This document shows positions 20,001 to 32,523 of a stretch of 64,000 nt of DNA, piece by piece. The stretch lies in contig NIVC01001478.1 of assembly GCA_002269645.1 (NCBI GenBank), positions 1 to 64,000 on the forward strand, in the 5' to 3' direction. Numbering within the stretch: position 1 is the stretch's first letter; each line of letters begins with the position of its first letter. The DNA comes from Macrostomum lignano. Lineage: Eukaryota. Below the pieces are notes generated by a model. That model worked only from the letters and a program-made list of their open reading frames with translations, ran no database searches and was not told the origin of the DNA. The translations under genes and the position numbers were made by a program.

Positions 20001-21024
20001 ACTGAGGGCTAACAACACTGATTCCCAAAAAATGTAGGAATAGTTGTGTAGAATTTTTCACTTTTTCTCTCTACCATAAAATATATGGCGAGGCTCTTGA
20101 CAGTGACAATACCAAGATTATCTAGATTTTTTAAACTCTATATATACATTGTGTAGAAAGGATAATAGGGAGCTAAAATTAAGATCTTAAGTACTTAAGA
20201 TCAAAGACTTAAGCAATAGATCCATATGCATTATTGAACAATGTCAATTAATAGCAAAAATTAACAGGTAAAATTTTGCTATTATGCCACATTTTATCAT
20301 TATATTACAGTGAATGATAAATAGCTATTATTATCAGATTTAACATCATTAAATGTTATAGAAGTAAGAACAAATTAGTTATCTATGGAAATAGATATAG
20401 ATAAGATAGGTTATAGGAAAAATAGATATGGCTATAGATATAGATATAGAAAAGTCTGGTTATATTAAAACAATTTTTATAAATGATTATAAATTTTTTT
20501 ATAAAAAAGTATATAGACTTATCATAGGCTTAGCTTTTGAATAAATAAACTTATTATCTTAAACATTTACCTAGAAATTCTACTAATATCTGGTAATAAC
20601 ATAATAAATGGCTTTAATTTATTTAGGAACTTTAGTGAGGGTCCCATGACTTGCCAATATGCATTTAAAAGGAAAAATTTAGTAAAAACTAGCCATTTAG
20701 CCCCCCTTCGGGTGGCTTCTTAGCAGTTTAGCGCTTGTCTATAAGCAGTTTTGCATAGTCACTGAGCAAGTACCACTAATCTATAAGTAGTTCTGCAGTA
20801 GAAAATCTCTAAGCAGTTTTATATTAATTCTAGTGAGACTAAAAAAGCTCTAAAAAGTTACATTTCACAATGTTTGTAACTTTGCAATGTCAATTCATTT
20901 ATAGTTCTCTTATCATTATTCGTTATTTTATTGTATAAGTTACACTTGTAGTCTTGTTTTAGCAATATTAAATTTCGCAATAATTGTGCGAAAAACCTGA
21001 CACAATGACTACCATCAAAATTGC

Positions 21025-22470
21025 TCTACTCTCCCCAGATTAGCACTACTTCGCCAGATTAGCACTACTTCCCCAAGTTCCCCTCCAGATTAGCACTACT
21101 CCCCCAGATTAGACTCTCCTCCCCCAGGTTAGCACCACTTCTCCAAATTAGCATTATTGAATTAGCACTATTCTCCCAGATTAGAGCTACTCTCTCAAAA
21201 TAACACAACTCCCTTCTAGATTAGGACTCAGCCCAGATTAGCCCCATTTCGCTCCCCCAGATTAGCACTACCTCCCCCCAGATTAGCCCCATTTCGCTCC
21301 CCCAGATTAGCACTATCTCACCCCAGATTAGCCCCATTTCGCTCCCCCAGATTAGTACTACCTCACCCCAGATTAGCCCCATTTTGCTCCCCCAGATTAG
21401 CACTACCTCATCCCAGATTAGCCCCATTTCGCTCCCCCAGATTAGTACTACCTCACCCCAGATTAGCCCCACTTTGCTCCAGATTAGCTCTACTCCCCCA
21501 GATTAGCGCTAATCCCCCAAATTAACACAACTCCTCTCCAGATTAGCACTACTCCACCAGATTAGTACTACTTTCCCAAGTTCCCCTCCAGATTAGCACT
21601 ACTTTCCCAAGTTCCCCTCCAGATTAGCACTACTCCCCCAGATTAGACTCTCCTCCCCCAGGTTAGCACCACTTCTCCAAATTAGCATTATTGAATTAGC
21701 ACTACTCTCCCAAATTAGCGCTACTCCCTCGAAATAACACAACTCCCTTCTAGATTAGGACTCAGCCCAGATTAGCCCCATTTCGCTCCCTCAGATTAGC
21801 ACTACCTCACCCCAGATTAGCCCCATTTCGCTCTCCCAGATTAGTACTACCTCACCCCAGATTAGCCCCACTTTGCTCTAGATTAGCTCTACTCTTCCAG
21901 ATTAGTGCTAATCCCCCACATTAACACAACTCCTTTCCAGATTAGCACTCCGCCCAGATTAGCAAGTCTCACCCCCAAGTTTAGCACCACTTACCCCAAA
22001 ATCAGCACTCTGCCCAGATTAGCCCCACCCCCTCCAGATTAACACTACTCCCCCAGATTAGCCCAATTTGCTCCATATTAGCACTACCTCACCTCAGATT
22101 AGCCCCACTCCCCTCCCCGAGATTAGCACTACCTCAGCCCAGATTAGCACTAACTCCCCACAGATTAGCACTATTGACCCCAAGATTAGCACTACTCCCC
22201 AGATTAACACTACTTCCCTCCAGATTAGCCCCACTCCCTTCCCCTAGATTAGCACTACCTCAGCCCAGATTAGCCCCACTTTGCTCCAAATTAGCACCAC
22301 TCTTCCAGAATAGCACCGCTCCCCAGATTAGCACCGCTCCTCAGATTAGCACCGCTCCTCAGATTAGCACCACTCCCCCGGATTAGCACCACTCCCCCAG
22401 ATTAGCATCGCTCCCCCAGATTAGCACCACTCTCCCAGATTAGTACCACTCCCCAGATTAAGCACCGCTC
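21025..22470. repeat. Degenerate CCAGATTAGCAC minisatellite with an internal duplication
   Basis: Units of about 20-22 bp; the block starting AAGTTCCCCTCCAGATTAG recurs at 21075 and 21609. Confidence 0.9.
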
Positions 22471-24137
22471 CTTCACTCTAGAAGATTAATGGAGTCCCGG
22501 AATAATATCATTAAAAGAAGATTTCAAAAAAATCTGGATCAATCTGCTTTGGAGGAGACACCATTATTGTTGCGAGTAACAGGGATAAATTTCTGCTTCA
22601 AGGCAGATTTCAATTTCCAACCTCTTAGGCTTTGCCTCTACAACACATTCTGCACGCAGTTCTCCTCTCAGCTGGCTCCTCAGTCTCCTCAGTGAACTTG
22701 CAATGATCCTTTCAACAATTGAAAAATTGCTCAGCTAATTGACTCACTAATCAGTATTTGATATATATCGGCAGACTTTAGCACAACTCAGGATTAGCTG
22801 TGCCATTGATGAGATCAGCAACACTTGAAGCAGTTTTACAAATCAAATTTGCTTAGTGACTGGTGCCAATTAGCAAAAATAATTAATTGCTACTTAATAA
22901 AAATGCTCTAATTGCTACTAATTGAAAGATGTTTTAATTGGTCAATGCAGAAATTACAAAATTAATTAAAATAATTAATTGCTACTTAATAAAAAATTCT
23001 CCAATCGCTATTAATCAAAAGATGTTTCAAATGGTTGATGCATAAGTTACAAATAAAAATTAATTAACAAAAAAATTATTTGTTCGCAGCAAGGTGGACT
23101 CAAACCTAGGACCTTAGGCCTAGCCTAAACCTAATGACTATAGTGTGGCTACTCTGCCTATTGATGGAAAGGCGAGAACATTAGCAATATAAGCTTTGGC
23201 ATTGCAGTCAAATACATAGCAGTGATAGGTTGCTCAGTGCACAGGCAGAGCCAATGCACAGTTGAATAAAATCTATAAATAGCAATTGTCTATGCAGTGC
23301 GCCAGTCAGCCAGGGTCAGAATGTACACACGCAGCCACTGAACATTTTTTCTCTCCCTTGCACACTGCAGCCAATATTGAAGCTTGCACAGTGGAGAAAG
23401 AAATTGCTATGGCGCAATCTCAATTGGAATTGAAATTCAGTCAGTCGAGATTTTGACCTTTTCTAGCCTCCTATTGAAAGCATTGGTAAAACACATTTTT
23501 TGAATATTTTATTAATACCTTTATCATTGAAGCAAATTAAAGAAATTTTATTGGTACAATGGCCAACAATTTGCAATGTTTTGCAGAAAACGTGGTTAAA
23601 ATGGTTGAGGCATTCAATCTGTAGAGTGAAATTCCACAGACAGACTTTAGACAATTAGTATAGGTGGATTTAGTATATAAAATATTTTTTGCAAATGAAT
23701 AACATTGCAATATAATTACACAAAATAAAAAGCAACTATAAACCTCAGCTAAACTGACTTAGATTAGAAATTGCTTTAGGTATAAAAGCTATTTATTCTT
23801 ATCACTTTTAATTGCCTTTAAGCCCACAGTTTTGACCATAGTCCAAAGACAGTTCTATAATAATTTCATATTAGTTCTGTCACATTTTAATACAATTTTA
23901 AATATCTCATTTTTTAGGGATTGGAAAAGTTTTGGAGACCTACTTTTATATTTTCTATTGTTTTAAGAAGTTTATCTTACAATTGTTTCATTTCTAATGA
24001 AAAAAATTATTTATAAAATAAGAAAATTGTCAATTTTTTTATATTAGTATTAGAAAAAAAAAATTAACTAGCTATGCCTAGACTATAGATAGTCAATACA
24101 GAATTAAAGTGGTAATATCTTGAATTTTTTATTTAAG

Positions 24138-25436
24138 TAGGCATTCTGGTGAGGGTCACGTGACCTGTGCGTGCCGAGCAAAATCTGCTAAAAAGAGCTA
24201 AATGATACCAACTTCATATGATAAAAAAACTAGAAAACCAAGAGAGTTAAGAAAAACGGAAATATATGTCCTGAAGAGAGAGATTTAAGCTTTAATTTGA
24301 GACTACTTGGAGGTTCCTACAATGTCAAATAGTGAAGCTACGGTAATTTGAAAAACAAACAAATTCACCATGCTTTGGAAACTGTGACAACACGGGAAAA
24401 TTAAGTGACCGACAGAAATTTGAATTGCATCAAAACGAGTGCTTTTTTTGATAAGCGGTTTTCAGTAAAACAAAGATTAATAGTTACGGAATATATTTCT
24501 TCTGCAATGCAAAGAAAATTGAGATATTTTTCTTCTATAAATATTAGTCCAAAGTCTTCAACTAAAATTTTTGACTCGAAACAAGACTGGTGACAGGGTG
24601 GTGACACGATGTTTTTTACGTAGGATTTCATGGTGAATAAGATGCAAAAATAATTTTGGAGCTATCTTAACGCGCAACAACGCGCGACTGATTCAAAGTA
24701 AACCACCCTACGTTGCATTTCAGACTACCCTTTTAGAAGCAAATGGACTTTCTTTTTCTTCTTTTTTCTTCTGTTTTATTCATCCAAAATGGCATACAAA
24801 CACGAGGAAACAATGATCTCATTGCTAGATCTTACCACAACTCCAATAATAGTACCAATGTTTTGGGTAAACAGCAGGAGTAAATACCTCGTCATCTAAT
24901 TAGTACTTGTTTCCTAATTTAAAGTACTAATTAGATGGGCATTTTTGCAACTTATCTTGGCTAGGCCCCTTGCCAGACAGCTAGATCTGCTGGGTATTGC
25001 ACTTGGATGATCTATATAAGGATAAAAATGGAATAATTGTGGTCTGAGGATTAAAATTTCATTTACGTCACCTCATTATTTTGAGAATAGAAGAAAAACT
25101 ATCAATTGTATTTTGCAAAGTATTAATTCAAAAAATCTACAAGAAAAATGCTAAAAAATGACATATTAGGCATAAAAATGCATTGGATAGTTCAAAAGCT
25201 ATATTATCTATAACTCGGAAAATCAGACATTTTGAAGAAAAATGATCACAGTACCTTATGGGAAAAATGCATTACGGAAGTGTCAAAAAATGTGATACTA
25301 AAAATGCTATAACTTTTTCATTACTTGACCAAAATTCAAAAGTGAGGTGTCTTTTTACTCATACTTGTATGCTCAATCAAAGAAAAGCAAAATATTTGCT
25401 AATCTTAAAACTTCAAAAACCTCACCAGAATGCCTA
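24138..25436. mobile_element. Non-autonomous TIR DNA transposon, 1.3 kb
   Basis: 17-bp perfect TIRs TAGGCATTCTGGTGAGG (24138-24154) and CCTCACCAGAATGCCTA (25420-25436). ATTTAAG directly flanks both ends (24131-24137, 25437-25443). No transposase ORF. Confidence 0.8.
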
Positions 25437-27711
25437 ATTTAAGCACTTAGCTAAATATAAAAAGTGTTTTTTAAGTGAAACTAACCAATGTCCTTATATC
25501 TATAAAACAAATGTAACATCTTTCTTATTAAAAAATAAGCTATTAGCTAGACCTTGGCTTTGGCCTAGGCTAGGCCTAGGCCTAACTGTTTATTATTGGA
25601 CTAGGCCAATAAAATAATAAACTTAAAATTGTTAATTCTAATCTTTATTTTATTCTTAGTAAAGACTTATTCAAGACAGGTTATAAATACATATAGAATA
25701 GACCTAGCTACTTAGGCCTAAGTTAAGAAAATTAAAACTAAAATTGTCACTGTCATTTGTTAGGCCTATCTATAAAGATATTGTTAAACTGCTAGATAGA
25801 AATTAAAATTTGATAGGCAAAGTTGACCTGATTAAAGTTATGATAAAATTATTAAATATTAGGCCCTATTAGAATAGAACTGTGGTGTGATGAAATACTC
25901 GTAGTCATGAAAGCCTAGGCCTAATATGAATAAATAAATAATAATAACATTAAAATTGAAAGCAAATTACTTTGACAATTAAAAAAATTGACATAATCAG
26001 TGAAATTCTACAGTTCTACTATGGAAAGTCAAAAGTAGAAAAAGTTTTTTTTAATTTTTACAAAGGATAATAAGCCTTAGAAGCTCTTATCACTTAATGA
26101 TTGATGAGGTTTCAAGTGTGGTAGGCCGGTCTACCACTGGGGCTTCGGCAACAGTTTGCGACGCGCGGAACGCCTCCACCCGGCGGACGATTCTTTGACG
26201 TCATTTCGGCTCTTCCGGTTGAACTGTCTTCTTCCCCCCGTTGTTCCCACCTCCGGTCCATCGGTTGCCCCTTCCCTTGGTCCCGCTTTGTTTTGCCGTT
26301 TTCCACCCCGGTTTGTCCACTTTTCCCACCGGTGTTCCCCCCTGTGTTCCCTCTGGTGTCCCCCTGATTGTTTTTTTTGCGTTCTTTTGGTATTTAATCT
26401 TTGCGTTGCTTTAGTTTGTCAACCCCTTCCCCCCTTTTCTTCTTTCTTCTTGGTTGTTTTAGTTTGATCTTATAGGCCGTGACTTAACTTTGCCTTGTTA
26501 GTTTTCTGATAGTTGCACGGCACTGTCTCGTAATCATCCGTCTAATTGTAGTGTGTAACAATTACTCTATCGCCTAACTTCATTTATTTGTCAATTAGCT
26601 TGTCTTTTATTCAATTAACTTCGTGAGTAATAACAATTTCTTAATCACTGACTACCGCAAAATTAATCGATAATAAATAACGAGCAATAATAGTAAGCTT
26701 TATATCAATATTTATCCAGTCGGTCTTAATCGAAGCCTCTAGTTTATATTGAGTTCTTTGCCCGCGGGGCGTAAAATAACCAATCAGTCTCAACTCAAAG
26801 AAAGCTCTGAGACCCTCAACGTTCCGTAAAACGACATTTACGGTGGTGGCAGCGCTACTTTTACTACTGAGAGTAACACAACTAGCAATCTCGACGAATT
26901 ACGAGTTTACGGTGTCTGAGAACCATTCTGAACGACTCGGGCCGCTACTAGACCGCTCGACTGCGATTACGACTACCCTCCCCCCGGAATTGAGGACCCG
27001 GCAGACGGAGTAACCAAGGAGAAGAATCAGCGCATCAATTCGTGCATTTTCCGGCTTTATTCGTGCTTCTACAACGCCGGCGGCAATTCAAACGAGGAAT
27101 CCGCCCCACCTCACTGGTGTCAACAAATATTTTGAAACCGAGAGTTTCCAAAAGTTATTAAATTCTTCTCCACCCCCACCTCACAAGAAAGAAAAACAGA
27201 CTTTGATACTAGTTAAAGTACTTCTAAGAAAAGCCGTATTATAACTATATAAATGTGGCATTCCTTTGGTTATCATTTTTTTCACTCGCACTTCTGTTCA
27301 CGATCTTCATGTAAATTTCCATTTCAGCGATAATGGCCTGGTTGAAAATTGAAAAACCAGGCATTTTTGGTGCACTAGAAAGAAACGGAATAGAAGATCT
27401 AGTGTCTCCACTAGATTTATAGATATTAGGAGAATTGGATTACCATTCTTCAATCCGAAGGTCTCCTCGCAAAGACACTGCAGTGTCCAACATGCGAGAC
27501 TGCAATGAAAATAAAGCCTGCCCGCAATACTACGGATGGCTTCGTCTTTCGCTGTAAAGCCAACAGTAAATCTCCATTTGGTGCCCATGAGAAACGGGTT
27601 TCCATCCGAAAATTCTCCTTTTTCGAAGGGTCGAAGTTAAACCCGATGGACGTCGTGGCCTCATCACGCACTACCTACTTTGGTGTGTCACAGAAGTGAG
27701 TAAAGCCCCCA

Positions 27712-27907
27712 TATCCACTTCGGTTTACGATCATTTAAATGGAAGCGATACATGTAAATGATCGTGAACCGAAGCTAGCCATGTATCGAGATACTGATTG
27801 ATTTCATATAAAGCTTGTAGCTATCTCAATACATGGCTAGCTTTGGTTCACGATCATTTACATGTAGTAATCCCATTTAAATGATCGTAAACCGAAGCTG
27901 AGGGGGG
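27712..27907. repeat. Nested palindromic block (left copy)
   Basis: Hairpin CTTCGGTT(T/C)ACGATCATTTA..TAAATGATCGT(G/A)AACCGAAG twice, flanking a second hairpin GCTAGCCATGTATCGAGATA..TATCTC(A/G)ATACATGGCTAGC. Inverted relative to 29775-29975. Confidence 0.85.
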
Positions 27908-28204
27908 GTGCCTCAGACATGTAGTAATTAATGTATGCTTATTCATTTTTCCTCATGCACAGCTAGGTCTCTACAGGCGATGTATGGACTGGAGTCGGAA
28001 GCTGCCGTACAGTGGTCGAACTATATATATACTGTCGCGACATAATGTGCGAGTGCAGTTCAAGACTCAACGTGACAGCATCATATATGATTGGTGGTGT
28101 TGGTCACACCGTCGAAATTGACGAAAGCCTTTTCGGAAGAAAAATGAAGTACAATAAAGGAGCCCGAAAAGGCTGCCAGGTATGGGTGTTCGGCATGGTC
28201 GACC

Positions 28205-29232
28205 CACAGGACGTAAAACTCAAAAATCGTGCAATTTTTTGGAGGCCACGATTTCCTGGAAAAAATACACTGCGAAGATAGGAAAAAATCAGTTTTTCGT
28301 CACAAAATCTGTGATTTTATTTGATCTGGGGCAGTGAAGACTACCATTCTTTTAATTTAGCATGCACAACATGTTACTCTATTATATTTTCATATAGCTA
28401 TGTAGTGAAGTTTTAATTTTCATATTGTTTTCACTTTATTTCTTATGCCCAAAGTTGCAAACTCACAAGTGGCATTAGCCAAACTTTTTGTGAATTGTTC
28501 TTTTTTAAATAAAGTATAAAAACATTGCATGTAGGTACTCTTAGTCTTAAGCTATTATTGTAGGTTTAGTAACTATACTAATTCCTAGGCCTACTAGAAC
28601 TAGACCTATCACTGCACTATCTAGCCTAATAAGTAATTAAATTTAGACAAAGATTTTTTTATTATATATAGATTACCAATACATAGTTTCATATTGTTGT
28701 TTACCTAGGCTTGAGAAAGCTGTATTATCAGTTTTTAAGCCAAACCTATATTTAAGACTAAGATTTAAGAAGAATAGACTTAATCACAAAAATAGGCCCT
28801 AACCATTTTTACTAGGTTTAACCATCTATAACTTAAGAAAAAACATTGATTAGTATTTTTATAATTTTTATTTTAAAGGCTAAAAAAATTATTATATTAC
28901 AAATTTGAAAAGCTTTTCTTTTCTTGAATTTGATATTTGGCTAATGCCACTTGTGAGTATTTGCAACTTTGGGCTTATGAAATAAAGTGAAAACAATATG
29001 AAAATTAAAACTTCACTACATAGCTATATGAAAATATAATAGAGTAACATGTTGTGCATGCTAAATTGAAAGAATGGTGGTCTTCACTGCCCCAGATCGA
29101 ATGAAATCACAGATTTTGTGACGAAAAACTGATTTTTTCCTATCTTCGCAGTGTATTTTTTCCAGGAAATCGTGGCCTCCAAAAAATTGCACGATTTTTG
29201 AGTTTTACGTCCTGTTAGTCTAGAAGTCCTTG
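28205..29232. mobile_element. Long-TIR MITE inserted in the Merlin transposase
   Basis: About 280-bp inverted repeats (28206-28482 and about 28937-29215) with an AT-rich core. 8-bp direct repeat GGTCGACC at 28197-28204 and 29233-29240. Removing the insert restores ..FGMVDRDEGRC.. Confidence 0.88.
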
Positions 29233-29774
29233 GGTCGACCGTGATGAGGGACGTTGTATCATTTGGCCTGTATTGGACAGATCCGCGGAGACACTTCTGC
29301 CGATCATCCAAAAATTTGTGCACAGCCAGGAACGGCGATTTTTAGTGACGGGTGGTCAGCGTACCTGAAAATGGAAGACTTGGGCTATACGCACTGGACT
29401 GTGTCACACAAGGAGGCCTTCAAAAGTGACAATAACTCGTAATTCTGAGGTGCGTGACGTGCATACTAACCGCATTGAAGGTTTCTGGGGTAACAGCAAA
29501 GTGAAATTCAAGTCAATGCGAGGAACTTCAGCTGCGCATTTTGCTTCGCATCTCGTTGAGCAGATGTACCGAACCCACCATAGCAAAGATCGAGCCACGC
29601 GAGCTTAAGTGAAGCAGTTCTGGAACGATCTGAAAGCTGTCTATCCGTGCACGGCGCCGGCAGTAGTTTCTGACAATCGGTTGTTTGAATTAGACTTGTC
29701 GGCGATCGACATGTCTTGAGCCAACGTGCGCTCCCAAGTAACTTGACGCTTTATTATTCTCTGCACGCTGCCAC

Positions 29775-30245
29775 CCCCTCAGCTTCGGTTTACGATCATT
29801 TAAATGGGAGTATAATACATATGTAAATGATCGTGAACCGAAGCTAGCCATGTATCGAGATAGTGCTTGATTTCAGATAAAGCTTGTAGCTATCTCGATA
29901 CATGGCTAGCTTCGGTTCACGATCATTTACATATGTATTACTCCCATTTAAATGATCGTAAACCGAAGTGGATATATAGGATCCTCTTCACGGATTCATA
30001 TTTGGAAATTGATTTCACGCACTATGAACCCTGTTACACACACGCTAGTAGCTTCGGTTCACGATCATTTACATGTATCACTTCCATTTAAATGATCGTA
30101 AACCGAAGCGGATATATATAGGATCCGATCTTCATGGATTCATTTTTGGAAATTAAATTCAACTATCAACCCTTTGCACACGCTAGCTTCGGTTCACGAT
30201 CATTACATATGCTGCTTCCATTCAAATGATCGTAAACCGAAGTGG
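29775..30245. repeat. Array of hairpin units downstream of the Merlin transposase
   Basis: Hairpins at 29783-29843, 29910-29968, 30052-30108 and 30187-30242. The last spacers (83 and 78 bp) are homologous to each other. Confidence 0.85.
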
Positions 30246-30741
30246 ATATACAGGATATACAGGACTCGTAAAGTGGATCACAAAGCCCCTTACCTTCTCT
30301 TTTCGTTCGAACATGATCTGTAGCTACGGCCTGTGTTATGATGGATAAATAAAAAGGATTGGAGTGCTTGTTGCCAGCTGTTGTTTTGCATTTTGATGAA
30401 AAAACAGCACTTTCGTCGTCTTCCTATCCCTCCAATGGGGATCGTCACTAATTTCAATGATCGTATACCGAAGGAATGCCTAAATGTAAGACCTTTACTC
30501 AAAACAAAATCTCCAATTCTTACCATGTAAAATCTTGTAAAAATGAGGACCTACTTGTATACTTGTCAGTTGGTTTCCAAGCCTCCTTTGCAATCTAGCC
30601 TTCTTTGATAGTTGCAAATGCTAGGTGGGTGGCTTTTCCATCGCCTTCATTAATCTTAACTTAAGCCCTTACTATCTTAACCACAACATGCATATGGTCT
30701 CAAAAATGTTGTTTGAGTCCTTGATATCAGGGACTTAGAAG

Positions 30742-31879
30742 TAGGGGGCGACCAGGATGGCCAAAGTTGGGCCCGGGTCGGGCCCGAGAATGAGGACTTA
30801 GGCCTGGGTTGGGCCTTGGGAATTCGAGACAAGATCTTTAGAACAGCTTAATAATTGGAAAAAATCATCATAATAAATCTTAATACTTTTAGCATGTGTG
30901 GATAACTATTAAATACATAATAAATATATTAATATATTAAAAATAATATAATATATTTTAAATATATAATAAATATAAATATTGTCGTAGGGGTGTTCCC
31001 GTACGATACAAAATCCTACCGCTGTAACCAAAGTTGTTACAAAGCTATTTCTCCTTAACAATTCTACTGGTTGTTAATTAATTGTATTTCTACTGGTAGC
31101 GCATGTACTTCTATTGGTAGCGTATGTACTTCTATTGTACTTTTTGGCCTGAGCGGTCTAATAGCACTGTCTATTCTATTCCTATATTCCTCTAAAGATA
31201 TTATTCTCTCAGTCCTGGCGTTCCCGGGATCAGAGGGTCACAGCTCTAAAGCGAAATCTCTGCCCTGAGGCGTTTATTCCTGCTCTGAAGCGATTCCTCT
31301 GCCCTGAGGCGAATATAGCACTTTCCTACCCTGAGGCGATTCTCGCTTTTAGCGGATTTCTGACTCTCAATGTGAGGATTTCAATCTTAGCAAATAACTA
31401 AGTCTTTAAAATACTGCGAGTAACGATTTCTAGGTTTGCTTATCTGAAGCCAAGAGGCAGCAAACGAACACGAAACGAGTTGAAGCTAAGCGAAGCGATT
31501 CGCGGTTTATTTTTCCTGGCCCAATCTGGGCTCCTATTTATACACTTTTTCGGCGTAAATTTTAACAAAATAATAATTTCCGAAATTATTTTTGCAGATC
31601 ACAACGTTTAAACAAAATATTTAGTTTTTCGTGCAAAATTGAATAAAAGCTTTCTAAGAAATACCGTATTCGTGCATAAAATAGTTGTTACTTCTTAGGC
31701 ACTATATCAATATAAATAAATTTAATAAATAATTTTTTTCTTATTTGCACGCGGTTTGTGCCTTTAGGCTTTAGGGAAAAAAGAGTTGTCGCGATTTCCT
31801 GACTTTTTTAAGGTCGGGCCACGATTTTGGTCGGGATTCCCAACTTTTTTGGCCTGGGCCCAGGACTGGGTCATCTTTA
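30742..31879 (+). mobile_element. hAT-like non-autonomous element, copy A
   Basis: Starts TAGGGGGCGACC and ends ..GGGTCATCTTTA (degenerate TIR). Flanks CTTAGAAG and CTTAGGAG (7/8 match, 8-bp TSD). GC-rich subterminal GGGCCC motifs. Confidence 0.72.
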
Positions 31880-32523
31880 CTTAGGAGCTACTTTTATATT
31901 GAAAGTAAAAAGATATATCTTAACTTTAGCCCCCCTCCTATTTCAATCCCAATATGCATATAAGGCTCAGTGTCAAAAATTTCTGTCTTTGTTGCTTGAG
32001 TCCCCAATTTTTTCCCTCACATTGAATTATCATATTGATATCAAAAGCTTCCTTTACATTGAAAGTTGAAACTTTAACATTATTGACACTATTGCTTAGA
32101 CATTAGGCTTATGCTATCAATCAAGAAGAAATATCTTGCTCAATTGTTTTATTTAGCTTTTTTAGGTTATAAATAAATATAAAAAACTTGGCTATCTAGG
32201 CTAAGCCTATCTATTTGCTATATATACTAAAAAAGCAAATCATAAATGTCAAAGATTTTAACAATGTAAATTATTTTGTTACTTGTTTATTTATACTTAA
32301 TAAGACAGACAGAGATATACACAGAGTTTTGATTTTTTAGGTATAGATTTATGCCTTGTTTTGTATCCAATATCTAAATTAGCCTAAAAAATCCTTTAAA
32401 TTAGGCCTAGCTTATTTGATTCATTTCTCTATAAAGTAAATAAGTCTATATGGATATCATCTAATGTACTCATAGATAAAGAAATCAATTGGTATGCCTA
32501 TATAATTGAACATGTTTAAAAAT

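Larger units (their letters stand above)
27430..29720 (+). pseudogene. Disrupted Merlin / IS1016 (IS1595-like) DDE transposase
   Basis: N-terminal GLLAKTLQCPTC..DGFVFRC..SIRKFSFFEGSKL, then IGGVGHTVEIDESLFGRKMKYNKG..WVFGMVD|RDEGRC, PGTAIFSDGWSAY..LGYTHWTVSH and HTNRIEGFWG..K..MRG. These are the family motifs including the D, D and E catalytic positions. Frameshifts, stops and two interruptions are present. Confidence 0.88.

Noticed and set aside
23085-23160. Minus-strand tRNA-like B-box (GGTTTGAGTCC)
   Set aside because: Too degenerate; no cloverleaf could be built.
29775-30245. CRISPR-like look of palindromic repeats separated by about 80-bp spacers
   Set aside because: The spacers are homologous to each other, the repeats are about 60 bp with variable loops, there are no cas genes, and the context is eukaryotic.
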